Below, in pieces: positions 29,290 through 40,923 of a stretch of 64,000 nucleotides of DNA (position 1 is its first letter; every line of letters starts with the position of its first letter). Below the pieces are notes generated by a model. The model saw only the letters and a list, made by a program, of their open reading frames with translations, made no database searches and had not been told where the DNA came from. Origin of the DNA: Bacteroidales bacterium (GTDB lineage Bacteria > Bacteroidota > Bacteroidia > Bacteroidales > UBA10428); NCBI GenBank assembly GCA_016935355.1, contig JAFGRC010000009.1:16057-80056 (forward strand), in the 5' to 3' direction. A program made the position numbers and the translations under genes.

Positions 29290-31239
29290 ATGAGAACACT
29301 TCTTATTACCCTTCTGCTGCTTGCTTCCAATTTGAGGTTTGCATCCGGACAACAATACCAGGTAAATTCCCCGGATGGTAACATTCAGATCGATATTACC
29401 GCAGGACCCGACATTGCCTTCAGTGTAAATTACCGTAATGAAGCCATCCTGAATCCTTCAGGCATCAGCATCAGTATTGATAAAACGACTCCCGACGTAT
29501 GGAAAGTCCGCCGTATCAGAAGAAGAACCGTTGAACAGGATATCCATCCGGTAATCCGTGAAAAATCAAAAACCATCAGGGATCATTTCAATGAAATCAC
29601 GATAGAATTCCGGAACCACATCCTGCTGACTTTTCGTGCTTACAACAACGGCGTGGCGTACCGTTGGGAAACACAAATGCCGGACAGTATTGAAATTCTG
29701 GATGAAACCGTTCACTTTGCTTTTCACCAGAATGATTCAAGCCTGTACCCCCTCGAGAGCAGTTTTTATTCGCATAACGAAAGACTTTATAAACATTTTG
29801 CAATACATGAGATCAGCAGGGACAGTCTTGCAAGTCTGCCGGTCCTGGTAACCCATGACGGAATTAAAATGCTGATCTCCGAAGCAGATTTGTACAATTA
29901 TCCTGGCATGTGGCTTACAGGTAATTCCGGTACCGGACTCACAGCAACTTTTCCGCCCTATCCTGCTGAAGAGCGCCTGGTAAGGGACAGGGACCGGAGG
30001 GTGATCAGAACTGAAAACTTCATTGCATATACTGAGGGTAACCGTACATTTCCCTGGAGGGTCATAATGATCGAAAGGAATGATGCAGGATTACTTGTGA
30101 ATCAACTGGTTTATCAACTGTCAAGGGAAACTGAAGAAGATTTCAGCTGGGTCAGACCGGGAAAGGTGTCCTGGGACTGGTGGAATGCCCTTAACCTGTA
30201 TCAGGTCGATTTCAGATCCGGCATAAACACTGAAACCTATAAGTACTATATCGATTTTGCAGCCCGGTACGGTCTCGAATACATCATCCTGGATGAAGGC
30301 TGGTCTCCCACGACTGACATTACAGTCTGCATTGAAGACATCAACATGCCCGAACTACTCTCTTATGCCGCTGAAAAAAATGTCGGCATGATTCTCTGGG
30401 TACTCTGGACCAGTCTTGATAACCAGATGGAAGCAGCGCTTGATCTTTATCAGCGATGGGGAATAAAAGGAATTAAAGTTGATTTCATGCAAAGGGATGA
30501 TCAGGTTGCGGTAAATTTTTATGAACGGACAGCAAGAGAAGCTGCTGAAAGAAAACTGATCGTGGATTTCCACGGATCATTCAAACCGACGGGAATGGAG
30601 CGCATGTATCCCAATGTATTGACAAGGGAGGGCGTTTACGGACTGGAACAGTCAAAATGGGACAATACCAGGAGTATCGCGCCGGAGCACAACGTCACCC
30701 TGCCTTTTATACGCAATGCAGTCGGTCCCATGGATTATACACCGGGGGCTATGCTCAATGCCCAAAGCCGTTCATGGGCACCCTTCAACAGCCGCCCCAT
30801 GAGTCTCGGTACGAGATGCCATCAGCTTGCCATGTATATAGTTTTTACGAGTCCTTTGCAAATGCTGTGTGATGCCCCGTCGAATTATTACAGGGAACCG
30901 GAATGCATGGAATTTCTGAGCATTGTCCCGGTAGTCTGGGATCAGAGTGTTGCCCTTGAAGGGAAAGCCGGTGATTATGTCGTTGTGGCCAGGAAAGCTT
31001 TGTCGGGAGACTGGTATGTGGGAGCCATGACCGACTGGACTGCAAGGGACCTTCAAATAGATTTCTGGTTTCTGGAAGAAGGGGATTTCCGCATGGACAT
31101 CTGGCAGGACGGGGTTAATGCCGACAGGGTAGCAGTCGATTATTCCAGATACACGGAAATTGTGAACAACGACATGAAGAAAACCATTGATCTTGCTCCC
31201 GGCGGTGGATGGGTAGCCAGGATATACCGGTTTCCATAA
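29290..31239 (+). CDS. glycoside hydrolase family 97 (SusB-like alpha-glucosidase)
   Basis: Motifs YIILDEGW and GIKGIKVDFMQRDDQ plus the GH97 length. The ATG at 29290 gives the signal peptide MRTLLITLLLLASNLRFASGQ. The track start is at 29224. Confidence 0.85.
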   Translation: MRTLLITLLLLASNLRFASGQQYQVNSPDGNIQIDITAGPDIAFSVNYRNEAILNPSGISISIDKTTPDVWKVRRIRRRTVEQDIHPVIREKSKTIRDHFNEITIEFRNHILLTFRAYNNGVAYRWETQMPDSIEILDETVHFAFHQNDSSLYPLESSFYSHNERLYKHFAIHEISRDSLASLPVLVTHDGIKMLISEADLYNYPGMWLTGNSGTGLTATFPPYPAEERLVRDRDRRVIRTENFIAYTEGNRTFPWRVIMIERNDAGLLVNQLVYQLSRETEEDFSWVRPGKVSWDWWNALNLYQVDFRSGINTETYKYYIDFAARYGLEYIILDEGWSPTTDITVCIEDINMPELLSYAAEKNVGMILWVLWTSLDNQMEAALDLYQRWGIKGIKVDFMQRDDQVAVNFYERTAREAAERKLIVDFHGSFKPTGMERMYPNVLTREGVYGLEQSKWDNTRSIAPEHNVTLPFIRNAVGPMDYTPGAMLNAQSRSWAPFNSRPMSLGTRCHQLAMYIVFTSPLQMLCDAPSNYYREPECMEFLSIVPVVWDQSVALEGKAGDYVVVARKALSGDWYVGAMTDWTARDLQIDFWFLEEGDFRMDIWQDGVNADRVAVDYSRYTEIVNNDMKKTIDLAPGGGWVARIYRFP

Positions 31240-31292
31240 TAAACATTAAATTTGCAGGAACATATCCGTAAAACCTAAAAAAACAAATAATA

Positions 31293-32546
31293 ATGAAAAG
31301 ATTCAGTGCTCTCAAACCGCTGCCAGGTTTCTGCATGGCAGTGATTGTCGTGTTCAGTCTGCTGGTTTCATCCTGTAAGAAAACCGTTGACGAAGAAAAT
31401 TACGGTGATTATCTGCTTGAATATGAAAAAGTGAGTACGCTAAGTCTGGTTTCAATCCAATTATTGCTGTCAACACTCAACCAGCAGTACCCGGATGCAG
31501 GTGCCGGTTCCCTGATTACCAATACACAATATGGCGTCGATGTATACAGGATAAAATACGAAACACACTATGGCGATTCTCTAATTGAAGCATCCGGACT
31601 GGTATGCATTCCGATGGCTGGTGAAGCATTTCCGCTGATCAGTTTTCAGAACGGCACCACCACACTAAATGACAACGTACCCAGCTTGGATCCTTACAGG
31701 ACGGAATACATGCTCATCCAGAGTATGGCAGGAAACGGTTATGTCATGGTCATGCCTGACTATATCGGTTTCGGTGCTTCAGCGGATATCGTACACCCTT
31801 ATTTTAACAAGGAGTGTACAGATCAGTCGGTTATCGACATAATAAAAGCTGCCGTTGAACTGACCAATATTGGTGGCATAACTGCAAGCTGCAGCGGGAA
31901 TTATTATCTGATGGGATATTCACAGGGGGGAGGTGCTACATTATCTGTCCTGGATGCGATTGAAAATGGTCCTGATCCCGGATTTGACGTTGTTGCCTCA
32001 TCATGTGGAGCGGGTGCCTATGATCTGGCTTCCGTGACAGAATATTATATAAGTCAGGAAACCATACCAAGTCCCTTATATCTTCCCTATTTCATTTATG
32101 CCCAGCAGGTTTACGGAACCATACAGGATGAACTGGACAAGTTTTTCAATGAACCATATGCCAGCCGCATGCCCGGATTGTTTAACGGCACAAAATCAAT
32201 TGCTGAGATCAATTCCCAGCTTACTGGTGTGATACAGGATCTGCTCTCGGCTGAAGTCATTGAGGACTTTACAGACGGGGCTGATTTTGCGCAACTCAGA
32301 AATGTTATGGCAGATAACAGCACATATGCATGGAATACAGTCTCGTACATAAACTTATACCATGGTACGGATGACATGGATGTGCCATCTTCACAGTCAT
32401 CCGCAATATATGATGATTTTATCGAACTCGGGGTAAGTCCGGACCGGGTAAAATTTTTTGAATTTGAAGGGCTTACGCACAATACAGGCATTATACCCTG
32501 GGGTGTTGCAACAATTTTATGGTTTAATGAACTGGAAACAAAATAA
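31293..32546 (+). CDS. alpha/beta-hydrolase (lipase/esterase-like) lipoprotein
   Basis: Lipoprotein signal (LLVSSCKK), a GYSQGG nucleophile elbow, and a late HG/D pattern. Confidence 0.6.
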   Translation: MKRFSALKPLPGFCMAVIVVFSLLVSSCKKTVDEENYGDYLLEYEKVSTLSLVSIQLLLSTLNQQYPDAGAGSLITNTQYGVDVYRIKYETHYGDSLIEASGLVCIPMAGEAFPLISFQNGTTTLNDNVPSLDPYRTEYMLIQSMAGNGYVMVMPDYIGFGASADIVHPYFNKECTDQSVIDIIKAAVELTNIGGITASCSGNYYLMGYSQGGGATLSVLDAIENGPDPGFDVVASSCGAGAYDLASVTEYYISQETIPSPLYLPYFIYAQQVYGTIQDELDKFFNEPYASRMPGLFNGTKSIAEINSQLTGVIQDLLSAEVIEDFTDGADFAQLRNVMADNSTYAWNTVSYINLYHGTDDMDVPSSQSSAIYDDFIELGVSPDRVKFFEFEGLTHNTGIIPWGVATILWFNELETK

Positions 32547-32551
32547 ACGGA

Positions 32552-33265
32552 TCAGAGAAAATTCTTGTTCACATAATCCTGGAATTTATCTTTGTATTGT
32601 TCGCTCACCGGTATGTATGTTTTCCCGAATATGATTCTGCTGCGTTCAATTGTATGGATTTTTGCGAGATTCACAATAAATGAACGGTGCACACGCATGA
32701 ATTTTGAACCGGGAAGTTTGGATTCCAGGAGTTTCAGGGAAGTCAATGACAATATGGGTTTGGCTTCAATTTGAGTGTATACTTTGATATAATCTTTAAG
32801 CCCTTCGATATAAAGGATATCGTTAAAATTGATCCTTTTTATTTTATATTCCGATTTCAGGAAAAGAAATTCATCATCGGCTGATATGTGGCTGTGCGTC
32901 ACCTGTTCCAGTTTAATGAATCTCCTTGCCTTGTTAACAGCTTTCAGGAATTCTTCATAGCTGAAAGGTTTCAGCAGGTAATCCACGACATCGAGCTTGA
33001 AGCCTTCAAGAGCATATTTTTCATAGGCTGTTGTAAAGATTACCTTGGGCCCTTTCTCCAGGGTACGGGTGAATTCTATGCCACTCAGGTCAGGCATCTG
33101 GATGTCCACAAAAATCAGGTCCACGCTTTCCCGGCTCATAAATTCAACGGCATCCAGAGGATTGTCAAATTTTCCGACGAGCTTTAAACCGGGCGTCTTT
33201 TCAACATATCCTTCCACAAGTTGCAGAGCCAGCGGTTCATCATCAATTGCAATGGTTCTGATCAT
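32552..33265 (-). CDS. LytR/AlgR-family response regulator (receiver + LytTR DNA-binding domain)
   Basis: Receiver motifs IAIDDE, FVDIQMPDLSG and KPF. The C-terminal LytTR region includes FMRVHRSFIVN. Confidence 0.85.
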   Translation of the reverse strand: MIRTIAIDDEPLALQLVEGYVEKTPGLKLVGKFDNPLDAVEFMSRESVDLIFVDIQMPDLSGIEFTRTLEKGPKVIFTTAYEKYALEGFKLDVVDYLLKPFSYEEFLKAVNKARRFIKLEQVTHSHISADDEFLFLKSEYKIKRINFNDILYIEGLKDYIKVYTQIEAKPILSLTSLKLLESKLPGSKFMRVHRSFIVNLAKIHTIERSRIIFGKTYIPVSEQYKDKFQDYVNKNFL

Positions 33266-34593
33266 GACTTATATTGCTTCAGATCGATTTCAAGGTGCAC
33301 TTGAAATTCCTTCTCGCTTTGATCAATTTTCAGCTTGTGCTGATTCGGGAACAGCAGGTTCAGCCTTTTGGTGACATTTTCAAGACCGATGCCGTTGTGC
33401 TGTTCTCCTTCTTCTTCAGATGGCTTTTTCCCCAGGCTGTTCATGCACTGAAAATACAGCTTTCCCTTTTCCACGTGCATGGAAATTTCTATATATGATT
33501 TTTCACGGAATGTGATGCCGTGTTTAAAAGCATTTTCAATGAAAGGTATGAAAAGCAGCGGTGGCATTGAAAAATTTTCATATTGTTCCGGAAACCTGAC
33601 CGATAATGTAACTTTATCGCTCATTCTCAGTCTCATCAAATCGATATAATTGTTCATGAATTCAATTTCACTGCTGAGCTGTGTCTTCCCCTGTTCCGAT
33701 TCATAAAGCAGGTAACGCATCAGCTTTGAGAGCTTCAGGACTGCCTCCTGAGAATCCACAGTATTGATCGCAATCAGTGCGTAAATGTTGTTCAGGGTGT
33801 TAAAGAAAAAATGAGGACTTATCTGATTTTTCAGCAATGCCAGTTCCGAATTCAGCTTTTCCTTTTCAAGTTCTTTTTGTCTTTTTTCAATTCTTGCATG
33901 CCGTTCCATTACTTTTAATCCGAGTGAAAAAAAGGTAAAGAAAACAGCTGCCAGCGCATAATTGTAAACCTGAAAAGGAAATGGCCGCAACAGCCTTCGC
34001 AGATCGCCCGGAGGCCTGGATCCCCTGTCATTGTCATTATTCGTGGGCGGACCATAAACTGATGAGCCTTCAGTCCCCCGGTAAAACCTTGCCGAATCAC
34101 TCCTTACACCGGCAACCGAAGTTGTATCCGTCCGGTTTCTCGCCGTTCTGCTGATGTTTGAAGGAATATTTGCAGTCCGGTTGCTGTCGTATACATTTCC
34201 CGCAATTCTCCCAGGATTTTCCTGATATCTTGCATAATTTAGTGTATCCAGACCTGAGGAGTCGGCTATACTTGCAAGCCTTTCTGTCCTCTGTCTTCTG
34301 AAGAATGTTTCATTTGCAATTTCAGTAAGATAATATATCCCGACCATCAGAACGATTGCTGATGCAAAATATATGAGTTTCTTACCGGTAAAGTAAAATC
34401 TTGGAACCAGAAAGAGAAAGTTGACATAGAAAATAACGAGGTAAGTCCCCGTATTCACAAAAAACCACCAGGTAAAAAGGTTGCTGTAACCCCAATAGCG
34501 TCCGCCCAGATATTGGGGTAAAACAATCAGAATGATCCATGCCAGGACATGCAGGGCAATTTTAGCCGTATTACCCGTAAACTTACCATTCAT
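33262..34593 (-). CDS. LytS/YehU-type sensor histidine kinase (His_kinase + HATPase_c) with a long low-complexity insert
   Basis: SPHFFFNTLNNI H-box region and NAFKHG N-box. The gene overlaps the downstream response regulator by 4 nt. About 110 aa of R/N/S/T/G-rich sequence lies between hydrophobic helices. Confidence 0.8.
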   Translation of the reverse strand: MNGKFTGNTAKIALHVLAWIILIVLPQYLGGRYWGYSNLFTWWFFVNTGTYLVIFYVNFLFLVPRFYFTGKKLIYFASAIVLMVGIYYLTEIANETFFRRQRTERLASIADSSGLDTLNYARYQENPGRIAGNVYDSNRTANIPSNISRTARNRTDTTSVAGVRSDSARFYRGTEGSSVYGPPTNNDNDRGSRPPGDLRRLLRPFPFQVYNYALAAVFFTFFSLGLKVMERHARIEKRQKELEKEKLNSELALLKNQISPHFFFNTLNNIYALIAINTVDSQEAVLKLSKLMRYLLYESEQGKTQLSSEIEFMNNYIDLMRLRMSDKVTLSVRFPEQYENFSMPPLLFIPFIENAFKHGITFREKSYIEISMHVEKGKLYFQCMNSLGKKPSEEEGEQHNGIGLENVTKRLNLLFPNQHKLKIDQSEKEFQVHLEIDLKQYKS

Positions 34594-34758
34594 ATTCTTA
34601 AAAGCATCAAATGTAAATGAACATGCTAATTTACAATAATGTTCATTACGGCAGCAAAAGGAATCGAAGGATCAGGACATTTCATAGACAGAAACCCGTT
34701 TTTTGAGACTGAATAAGTTTTTTTTCAATTGTCTGTTTATTTTTCTTAAAATTGCATT

Positions 34759-35415
34759 ATGGAATGGCCAGGTAAAATCAGGATCTGTGTCGGCAGTTAT
34801 ATACTGAGGCAGCAGCTGAAAAAAAGAAAGCGAAATCCGGCAGTTTGCAACCTGGCTGAAGCAAAGAAAATAGGCATCATTTATAATGCGACCGAACTGG
34901 CCGGTTTTGAAATCATAAGGGATCTGGCAAAAAGAATTTCAGATCATGATGTGACAGTGAGCATCCTGGGATATGTTCACAGCAAAAACCTGGTTGATCA
35001 ATATCTGTACAGAAAGGATTTTGATTTTTTTCACAAAGGCAATCTGAACTGGTATGATAAACCCTGCTCGGAAATTACAGACAAATTCATGAATGAACCT
35101 TTTGATATTCTGATCAATCTGAGCCTTGAAGATTATTATCCCATACAGTACATAACAGCTTTATCACCTGCCAGATTCAAAGCAGGAAGATATTCATCCG
35201 AGGATACTGCCCTCGATCTGATGATTGACATCGAAAAGGAGAAAGCACGGATGAAGAAGCTTCAGTCAGAAATATCTTCCGGACAAATGCAAAAATCAAA
35301 TGACAGAAAACCTGATCCCGGCATGACAAAAAGGACTGACACCGAGTTACAGCTTAACTTCCTTATTAATCAACTCATGCATTACCTTATGATCATCAAT
35401 AAAAACAATCCATGA
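34759..35415 (+). CDS. hypothetical protein (conserved-looking N-terminal domain, charged C-terminal tail), translationally coupled to dapA
   Basis: 218-aa ORF with ATG start. Its stop overlaps the dapA start (ATGA at 35412-35415). I recognise no catalytic motif. Confidence 0.5.
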   Translation: MEWPGKIRICVGSYILRQQLKKRKRNPAVCNLAEAKKIGIIYNATELAGFEIIRDLAKRISDHDVTVSILGYVHSKNLVDQYLYRKDFDFFHKGNLNWYDKPCSEITDKFMNEPFDILINLSLEDYYPIQYITALSPARFKAGRYSSEDTALDLMIDIEKEKARMKKLQSEISSGQMQKSNDRKPDPGMTKRTDTELQLNFLINQLMHYLMIINKNNP

Positions 35416-36299
35416 TGAAAAAAAGACTAACCGGTACGGGTGTTGCTATTGTCACACCCTTCAGAAATGACCAAAGTATTGATTTTAAATCGCTCGGCAA
35501 ACTTCTGAACCATATCATCGAAGGCAATGCAAACTATGTGGTTGTACTGGGTACCACAGGTGAATCAGTCACCCTGTCAAAAGATGAAAAGAAAGCTGTC
35601 GTCAGTTATGTCGTGGAAGTTGTCAATGACAGAATCCCTGTTGTTGTTGGTATAGGAGGCAACAATACACAGGAAGTTGTTGATGCCGTCAGGCATTATG
35701 AATACGACGGAGTGAGTGCCGTATTGTCGGTCTCCCCTTATTATAACAAACCGTCCCAAAATGGTATATACATGCACTTTAAGACCATTGCCCAGGCCTC
35801 TCCGGTCCCGGTTATTGTGTATAATGTACCGGGCCGGACCGGATCAAATATAAATGCAGAAACTACCGTAAAGCTTGCACGGGATTTTAAGAATATTGTT
35901 GCCATAAAGGAAGCGTCCGGTAATTTGGGTCAGATTATGCAAATTATTAAAGATAAGCCGGACAGTTTTCTGGTTATTTCCGGAGATGATGCACTTACGC
36001 TGCCAATGATTGCATTAGGGGCATCTGGCGTTATATCCGTCGTAGCAAATGCTTATCCGAAAGAATTTTCGAACCTGGTAAACCACGCATTGAATAACAA
36101 TTTTCCGGAGGCCACAGCTTTGCAATACAAATTACTCAATATCATGACGGCATTATTTGAGGAAGGCAGTCCCTCAGGTGTTAAAGCCGTGCTGGAAATT
36201 CTGAAAATCGCACAGAATAATGTCCGCCTGCCTCTGGTACCCGTGAGTGAAAAACATTACAAGAAATTGCAGGGACTGGCCAGGGCTATGGCTGAATGA
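35412..36299 (+). CDS. dapA: 4-hydroxy-tetrahydrodipicolinate synthase
   Basis: Motifs GVAIVTPF, GTTGES and YNVPGRTG, with the active-site Lys context AIKEASG. Confidence 0.9.
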   Translation: MMKKRLTGTGVAIVTPFRNDQSIDFKSLGKLLNHIIEGNANYVVVLGTTGESVTLSKDEKKAVVSYVVEVVNDRIPVVVGIGGNNTQEVVDAVRHYEYDGVSAVLSVSPYYNKPSQNGIYMHFKTIAQASPVPVIVYNVPGRTGSNINAETTVKLARDFKNIVAIKEASGNLGQIMQIIKDKPDSFLVISGDDALTLPMIALGASGVISVVANAYPKEFSNLVNHALNNNFPEATALQYKLLNIMTALFEEGSPSGVKAVLEILKIAQNNVRLPLVPVSEKHYKKLQGLARAMAE

Positions 36300-36306
36300 T
36301 TTTCAA

Positions 36307-39300
36307 TCACATCTTGGTTGCCATGGAGGGCGCACCATGGCAATGCTTGTATTTCTTTCCGCTGCCGCAGGGACAGGGATCGTTCCGTCCGACCTTCTTT
36401 TCCACCCTGACCGGCTGGATATGTTCTTCTTTTTTCTTTCCGGCAGACTGCTCACGCTGAAATTCACGTTTTTGTGCTTCCAGATTGCTGTAATCCGTTC
36501 TTCTGGGTCCCTGAGCCCGCTGGATACCGCTGGAATCGCGAACAGGGATCTGACCCCTGATCAGTATACCCACAGCATCCTTGTTGACTTTATCGATCAT
36601 GTTCCTGAAAAGCTCAAAAGACTCGAATTTGTATATCAGCAAGGGATCCTTCTGTTCGTATGTGGCTGTTTGTACCGACTGCCTCAGATCATCCAGTTCA
36701 CGCAGATGTTCTTTCCATGCCTCATCGATAACATGCAGGATGATGTTTTTTACATATGATTTTACCAGTTCCTCACCGTTTGTTTGATATGCCTTCTCGA
36801 GGTTGGTTACAATATTGTACACCTTTGTACCATCAGTGATCGGCACGACAATATTTTCATATTGTTTTCCCTGTTTTTCATAAACTTCCTTTACAACCGG
36901 AAAGACCTGCTTTGAAATGAGGGTCTGCTTTCTGAGAAAGGTTTCCCTTAAAACTCTGTATATTTGCTCTGTTATGTCCCCGGGTGACAGCTTAATGTAT
37001 TCTTTATCCTGAAAGGGTGTTTCCACTGACAGATAACGAAAAACGTTATAACGGAATTCCTCAAAATCGACTATTCCATGGCACTGTTCAACAATACTTT
37101 CGCAAACATCATACATCATACTTGCCACATCCACCTCAATGCGTTCACCGAATAATGCGTGTTTTCTTTTTGTATAGATAACCTCACGCTGGGAATTCAT
37201 CACATCATCATATTCCAGCAACCGTTTTCTGATCCCGAAGTTATTTTCCTCAACTTTTTTCTGTGCCCTTTCTATGGATTGCGTAATCATCTTTGCCTGA
37301 ATAGGCTCTCCTTCCGACCAGCCCATGCGCGCCATCCAACCTGCAATACGGTCCGAAGCAAAAAGCCGCATCAGGTCATCTTCAAGTGAGACATAGAACT
37401 GTGAAGAGCCCGGATCTCCCTGCCTGCCTGAACGACCGCGCAACTGCCGGTCAACCCGCCTGGATTCATGCCTTTCCGTGCCAACTATGGCCAAACCTCC
37501 GGCTTTCCGGACTTCCTCGCTAAGTTTGATGTCTGTACCCCTGCCCGCCATATTCGTAGCTATGGTAACCGTACCACTTTTGCCTGCATCAGCCACGATC
37601 TCCGCTTCACGCTGGTGCAATTTTGCGTTCAGCACATTGTGCTTGATCCCTTTCAGTTTCAGCATCCTGCTCAGCAGTTCCGAGATCTCCACAGAAGTAG
37701 TCCCTACCAGCACCGGCCGTCCTTTATCAAAAAGACTTACAATCTCATCGATAACATTATTGTATTTTTCCCTTTTCGTCCTGAATACCAGATCATCCCG
37801 GTCATCCCGGATTACGGGAAGATGCGTCGGGATCACCACGACATCCAGCTTGTAAATGTTCCAGAACTCTCCGGCCTCCGTCTCGGCTGTACCGGTCATA
37901 CCTGCCAGTTTCCTGTACATCCTGAAGTAGTTCTGCAATGTGATTGTGGCAAATGTCTGTGTGGCAGCTTCAACCTTAACCCTTTCCTTTGCTTCGATCG
38001 CCTGATGAAGGCCCTCTGAATACCTTCGTCCCTCAAGAATACGGCCTGTCTGCTCATCGACAATCTTTACCTTGTTATCCATCACAACATAATCAACGTC
38101 ACTTTCAAACATGGTATAGGCCTTAAGCAACTGATTTACCGTATGTATACGGTCCGATTTTATGGCATAATCCTGCAGGATCTGATCCTTTTTGTTGAGC
38201 TTATCATTGGGTGACAGGTCAGATTTTTCCAGTTCGGCGATCTCAGAACCTATATCCGGCATGATGAAGAAATCTGCATCATCGGCAGAACCCGTTATCA
38301 GGTCAATCCCCTTTTCCGTCATTTCAACCGAGTTCAGCTTTTCTTCAATTACGAAGTACAGATCATCCGTTACCTTATGCATGTTCTTGCTGTTCTCCTG
38401 CATATAGAAGTTTTCGGTCTTCAGCAGCAAAGCCTTGTTTCCCTGCTCACTAAGGAATTTGATCAGCGGCTTGCTTTTGGGTAATCCTTTAAAAGCCTGA
38501 AGGAGCTTAAAGCCTCCTTCTTCCGTTTTATCCTCACTGATAAGCTTCTTTGCTTCTGCCAGAAAATTGGAAACCAGATTGCGCTGAACATTGACCAGCC
38601 GTTCAACCTGAGGTTTGAATTCCTCAAACGACTGAATGTCTCCTTTGGGAACAGGACCGGAAATGATGAGGGGTGTTCTTGCATCATCGATCAGTACGGA
38701 GTCAACCTCATCTACAATGGCATAATTGTGCTTTCGCTGTACAAGATCAGATGGATTAATAGCCATGTTGTCACGCAGGTAATCAAAACCAAATTCGTTG
38801 TTGGTTCCATAGGTGATGTCAGCCAGATAGGCCTTTCTTCTTGATTCGGAATTGGGCTGGTGTTTATCAATACAATCCACAGTAAGCCCGTGAATTTCAA
38901 ATATAGGACCCATCCATTCTGAATCCCGCTTTGACAGATAGTCATTAACCGTTACAATATGGACCCCTTTGCCGGCCAATGCATTAAGAAATACCGGCAA
39001 GGTAGCCACGAGCGTTTTACCTTCACCGGTGGCCATTTCGGCAATTTTTCCCTGATGCAGCACAACACCTCCGATCAACTGTTCATCATAGTGCACCATA
39101 TCCCAGGTTGTCGGATTACCTCCGGCAATCCAGGTTTTCATATACCTGGCTTTATTGCCGACGATCTGAATGCTTTCACGTTTCGCAGCAAGTTCCCTGT
39201 CAAAATCATTGGCCGTGACTTCAATGTACTCATTTTCCTTGAACCTCCGTGCCGTTTCTTTCACGATCGAAAAAGCAACAGGAATCAGGTCCGCGAGAAT

Positions 39301-39609
39301 GGCTTCGGTCTTTGCAGCGATCTCCTTCTCGATCCCGTCAATTTCGTTATAGATCTCTTCTACTTTTTCCACTTCCAGTGTCCCGGTATCAATTTCCATT
39401 TTCAGTTGCTCGATCCTGTCTTCATCTTCCCTGACATGGTTGCGGATCTGTTCTTTAATTTCAACGGTTTTTGCCCGCAGCTGATCGTTGTCGAGCAAGA
39501 CTACTTTCTCGTATTCCTCAAGAATGTTATGCAACAGGGGTAATATTGCTTTAATATCACGCTGTGACTTGCTTCCGAATAACTTTTTTAAGATTTTACC
39601 TGGTTCCAT
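36307..39609 (-). CDS. secA: preprotein translocase ATPase subunit SecA
   Basis: 1100 aa. Motifs [32 protein letters not shown] and [10 protein letters not shown], plus a C-terminal zinc motif [14 protein letters not shown]. Confidence 0.95.
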   Translation of the reverse strand: MEPGKILKKLFGSKSQRDIKAILPLLHNILEEYEKVVLLDNDQLRAKTVEIKEQIRNHVREDEDRIEQLKMEIDTGTLEVEKVEEIYNEIDGIEKEIAAKTEAILADLIPVAFSIVKETARRFKENEYIEVTANDFDRELAAKRESIQIVGNKARYMKTWIAGGNPTTWDMVHYDEQLIGGVVLHQGKIAEMATGEGKTLVATLPVFLNALAGKGVHIVTVNDYLSKRDSEWMGPIFEIHGLTVDCIDKHQPNSESRRKAYLADITYGTNNEFGFDYLRDNMAINPSDLVQRKHNYAIVDEVDSVLIDDARTPLIISGPVPKGDIQSFEEFKPQVERLVNVQRNLVSNFLAEAKKLISEDKTEEGGFKLLQAFKGLPKSKPLIKFLSEQGNKALLLKTENFYMQENSKNMHKVTDDLYFVIEEKLNSVEMTEKGIDLITGSADDADFFIMPDIGSEIAELEKSDLSPNDKLNKKDQILQDYAIKSDRIHTVNQLLKAYTMFESDVDYVVMDNKVKIVDEQTGRILEGRRYSEGLHQAIEAKERVKVEAATQTFATITLQNYFRMYRKLAGMTGTAETEAGEFWNIYKLDVVVIPTHLPVIRDDRDDLVFRTKREKYNNVIDEIVSLFDKGRPVLVGTTSVEISELLSRMLKLKGIKHNVLNAKLHQREAEIVADAGKSGTVTIATNMAGRGTDIKLSEEVRKAGGLAIVGTERHESRRVDRQLRGRSGRQGDPGSSQFYVSLEDDLMRLFASDRIAGWMARMGWSEGEPIQAKMITQSIERAQKKVEENNFGIRKRLLEYDDVMNSQREVIYTKRKHALFGERIEVDVASMMYDVCESIVEQCHGIVDFEEFRYNVFRYLSVETPFQDKEYIKLSPGDITEQIYRVLRETFLRKQTLISKQVFPVVKEVYEKQGKQYENIVVPITDGTKVYNIVTNLEKAYQTNGEELVKSYVKNIILHVIDEAWKEHLRELDDLRQSVQTATYEQKDPLLIYKFESFELFRNMIDKVNKDAVGILIRGQIPVRDSSGIQRAQGPRRTDYSNLEAQKREFQREQSAGKKKEEHIQPVRVEKKVGRNDPCPCGSGKKYKHCHGAPSMATKM

Positions 39610-39667
39610 CTTGTAATAGATTCTGCATATTGCAAATTTAACGCATTTTACTAGGTTTCGTCTGCAT

Positions 39668-40900
39668 TTATGATGTCATATTCCTGATTATTTCACTGGC
39701 AAATTCTGAACATTTGAGCTTTGTGGCTCCCGGCATAAACCTTTCAAAGTCATAGGTCACTTTTCCGGCTTTAATGGATTTCTGCAATCCTTTAATGATC
39801 AGTTCGCCTGCTTTATCCCATCCGATGTATTCAAGCATCATAACGCCTGACAGTATCAACGAACCGGGATTCACCATGTCTTTACCGGCATATCTCGGTG
39901 CCGTTCCGTGAGTGGCTTCAAAGACCGCATGTCCGGTTTCATAATTGATGTTCGCCCCGGGAGCGATACCAATTCCCCCCACAATAGCGGCAAGGGCATC
40001 TGATATATAATCCCCGTTCAGGTTCAATGTGGCAATAACAGAATATTCAGAAGGTCTCGTGAGGATTTGCTGCAAAAAAGCATCTGCAATAACATCCTTT
40101 ATGATGATCTCTTCCCCGGATTGTGGATTTTTCATACAACACCATGGACCTCCGTTAATTTCAGCTGCCCCGAATTCCTTTTTTGCCATCTCATAACCCC
40201 AGTCGCGAAAAGCACCCTCCGTAAACTTCATGATGTTGCCTTTATGTACCATTGTCACAGAAGGCAGCCGGTGCCGGATGCAGTATTGTATGGCAGACCT
40301 TATCAGTCTTTCAGTACCTTCCCTTGAAACGGGCTTGATGCCAATGGAAGAAGTGTCCGGAAAACGGATCTTTGTAACACCCATTTCATGAATAAGAAAG
40401 TCAAGGATTTTGTTTACCTGTTCTGATCCTGACATCCATTCAATACCTGCATAAATGTCCTCAGAGTTTTCCCTGAAGATAACCATGTCCGTATGGGCCG
40501 GATTTTTTACGGGTGAAGGCACACCCTCGTAATATCTTATGGGACGCAAACAGACATATAAATCAAGGACTTGCCTGAGAGCAACGTTTAAGGACCGTAT
40601 GCCCCCGCCTACAGGTGTGGTAAGTGGCCCCTTGATAGCCACCAGATATTTCCGGATGGCAGCCAGGGTTTCTTCGGGCAACCATTCTCCTGTCAGCCGG
40701 AAGGCTTTCTCACCCGCCAGCACTTCCTTCCAGCAGATCCTTTTCTTTCCGGAGTATGCTTTTGCGACAGCTGCATCAAATACACGGACGGCAGCCGCCC
40801 AGATATCCGGACCCGTGCCGTCACCTTCGATAAAGGGAATGACGGGATTATCGGGTATGATCAGTTTACCGTTCCGAATGGTTATTTTTATTCCTTCCAT
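39668..40900 (-). CDS. icd: NADP-dependent isocitrate dehydrogenase (homodimeric type)
   Basis: Motifs [42 protein letters not shown] and [11 protein letters not shown]. Confidence 0.9.
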   Translation of the reverse strand: MEGIKITIRNGKLIIPDNPVIPFIEGDGTGPDIWAAAVRVFDAAVAKAYSGKKRICWKEVLAGEKAFRLTGEWLPEETLAAIRKYLVAIKGPLTTPVGGGIRSLNVALRQVLDLYVCLRPIRYYEGVPSPVKNPAHTDMVIFRENSEDIYAGIEWMSGSEQVNKILDFLIHEMGVTKIRFPDTSSIGIKPVSREGTERLIRSAIQYCIRHRLPSVTMVHKGNIMKFTEGAFRDWGYEMAKKEFGAAEINGGPWCCMKNPQSGEEIIIKDVIADAFLQQILTRPSEYSVIATLNLNGDYISDALAAIVGGIGIAPGANINYETGHAVFEATHGTAPRYAGKDMVNPGSLILSGVMMLEYIGWDKAGELIIKGLQKSIKAGKVTYDFERFMPGATKLKCSEFASEIIRNMTS

Positions 40901-40923
40901 TTGTGCTAATGATTAAAATGATG

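Noticed and set aside
36247-39543. Several plus-strand ORFs of 125-194 aa (36247-36759, 37468-38019, 38959-39543).
   Set aside because: All are antisense to the intact 1100-aa secA, and none has recognisable motifs.
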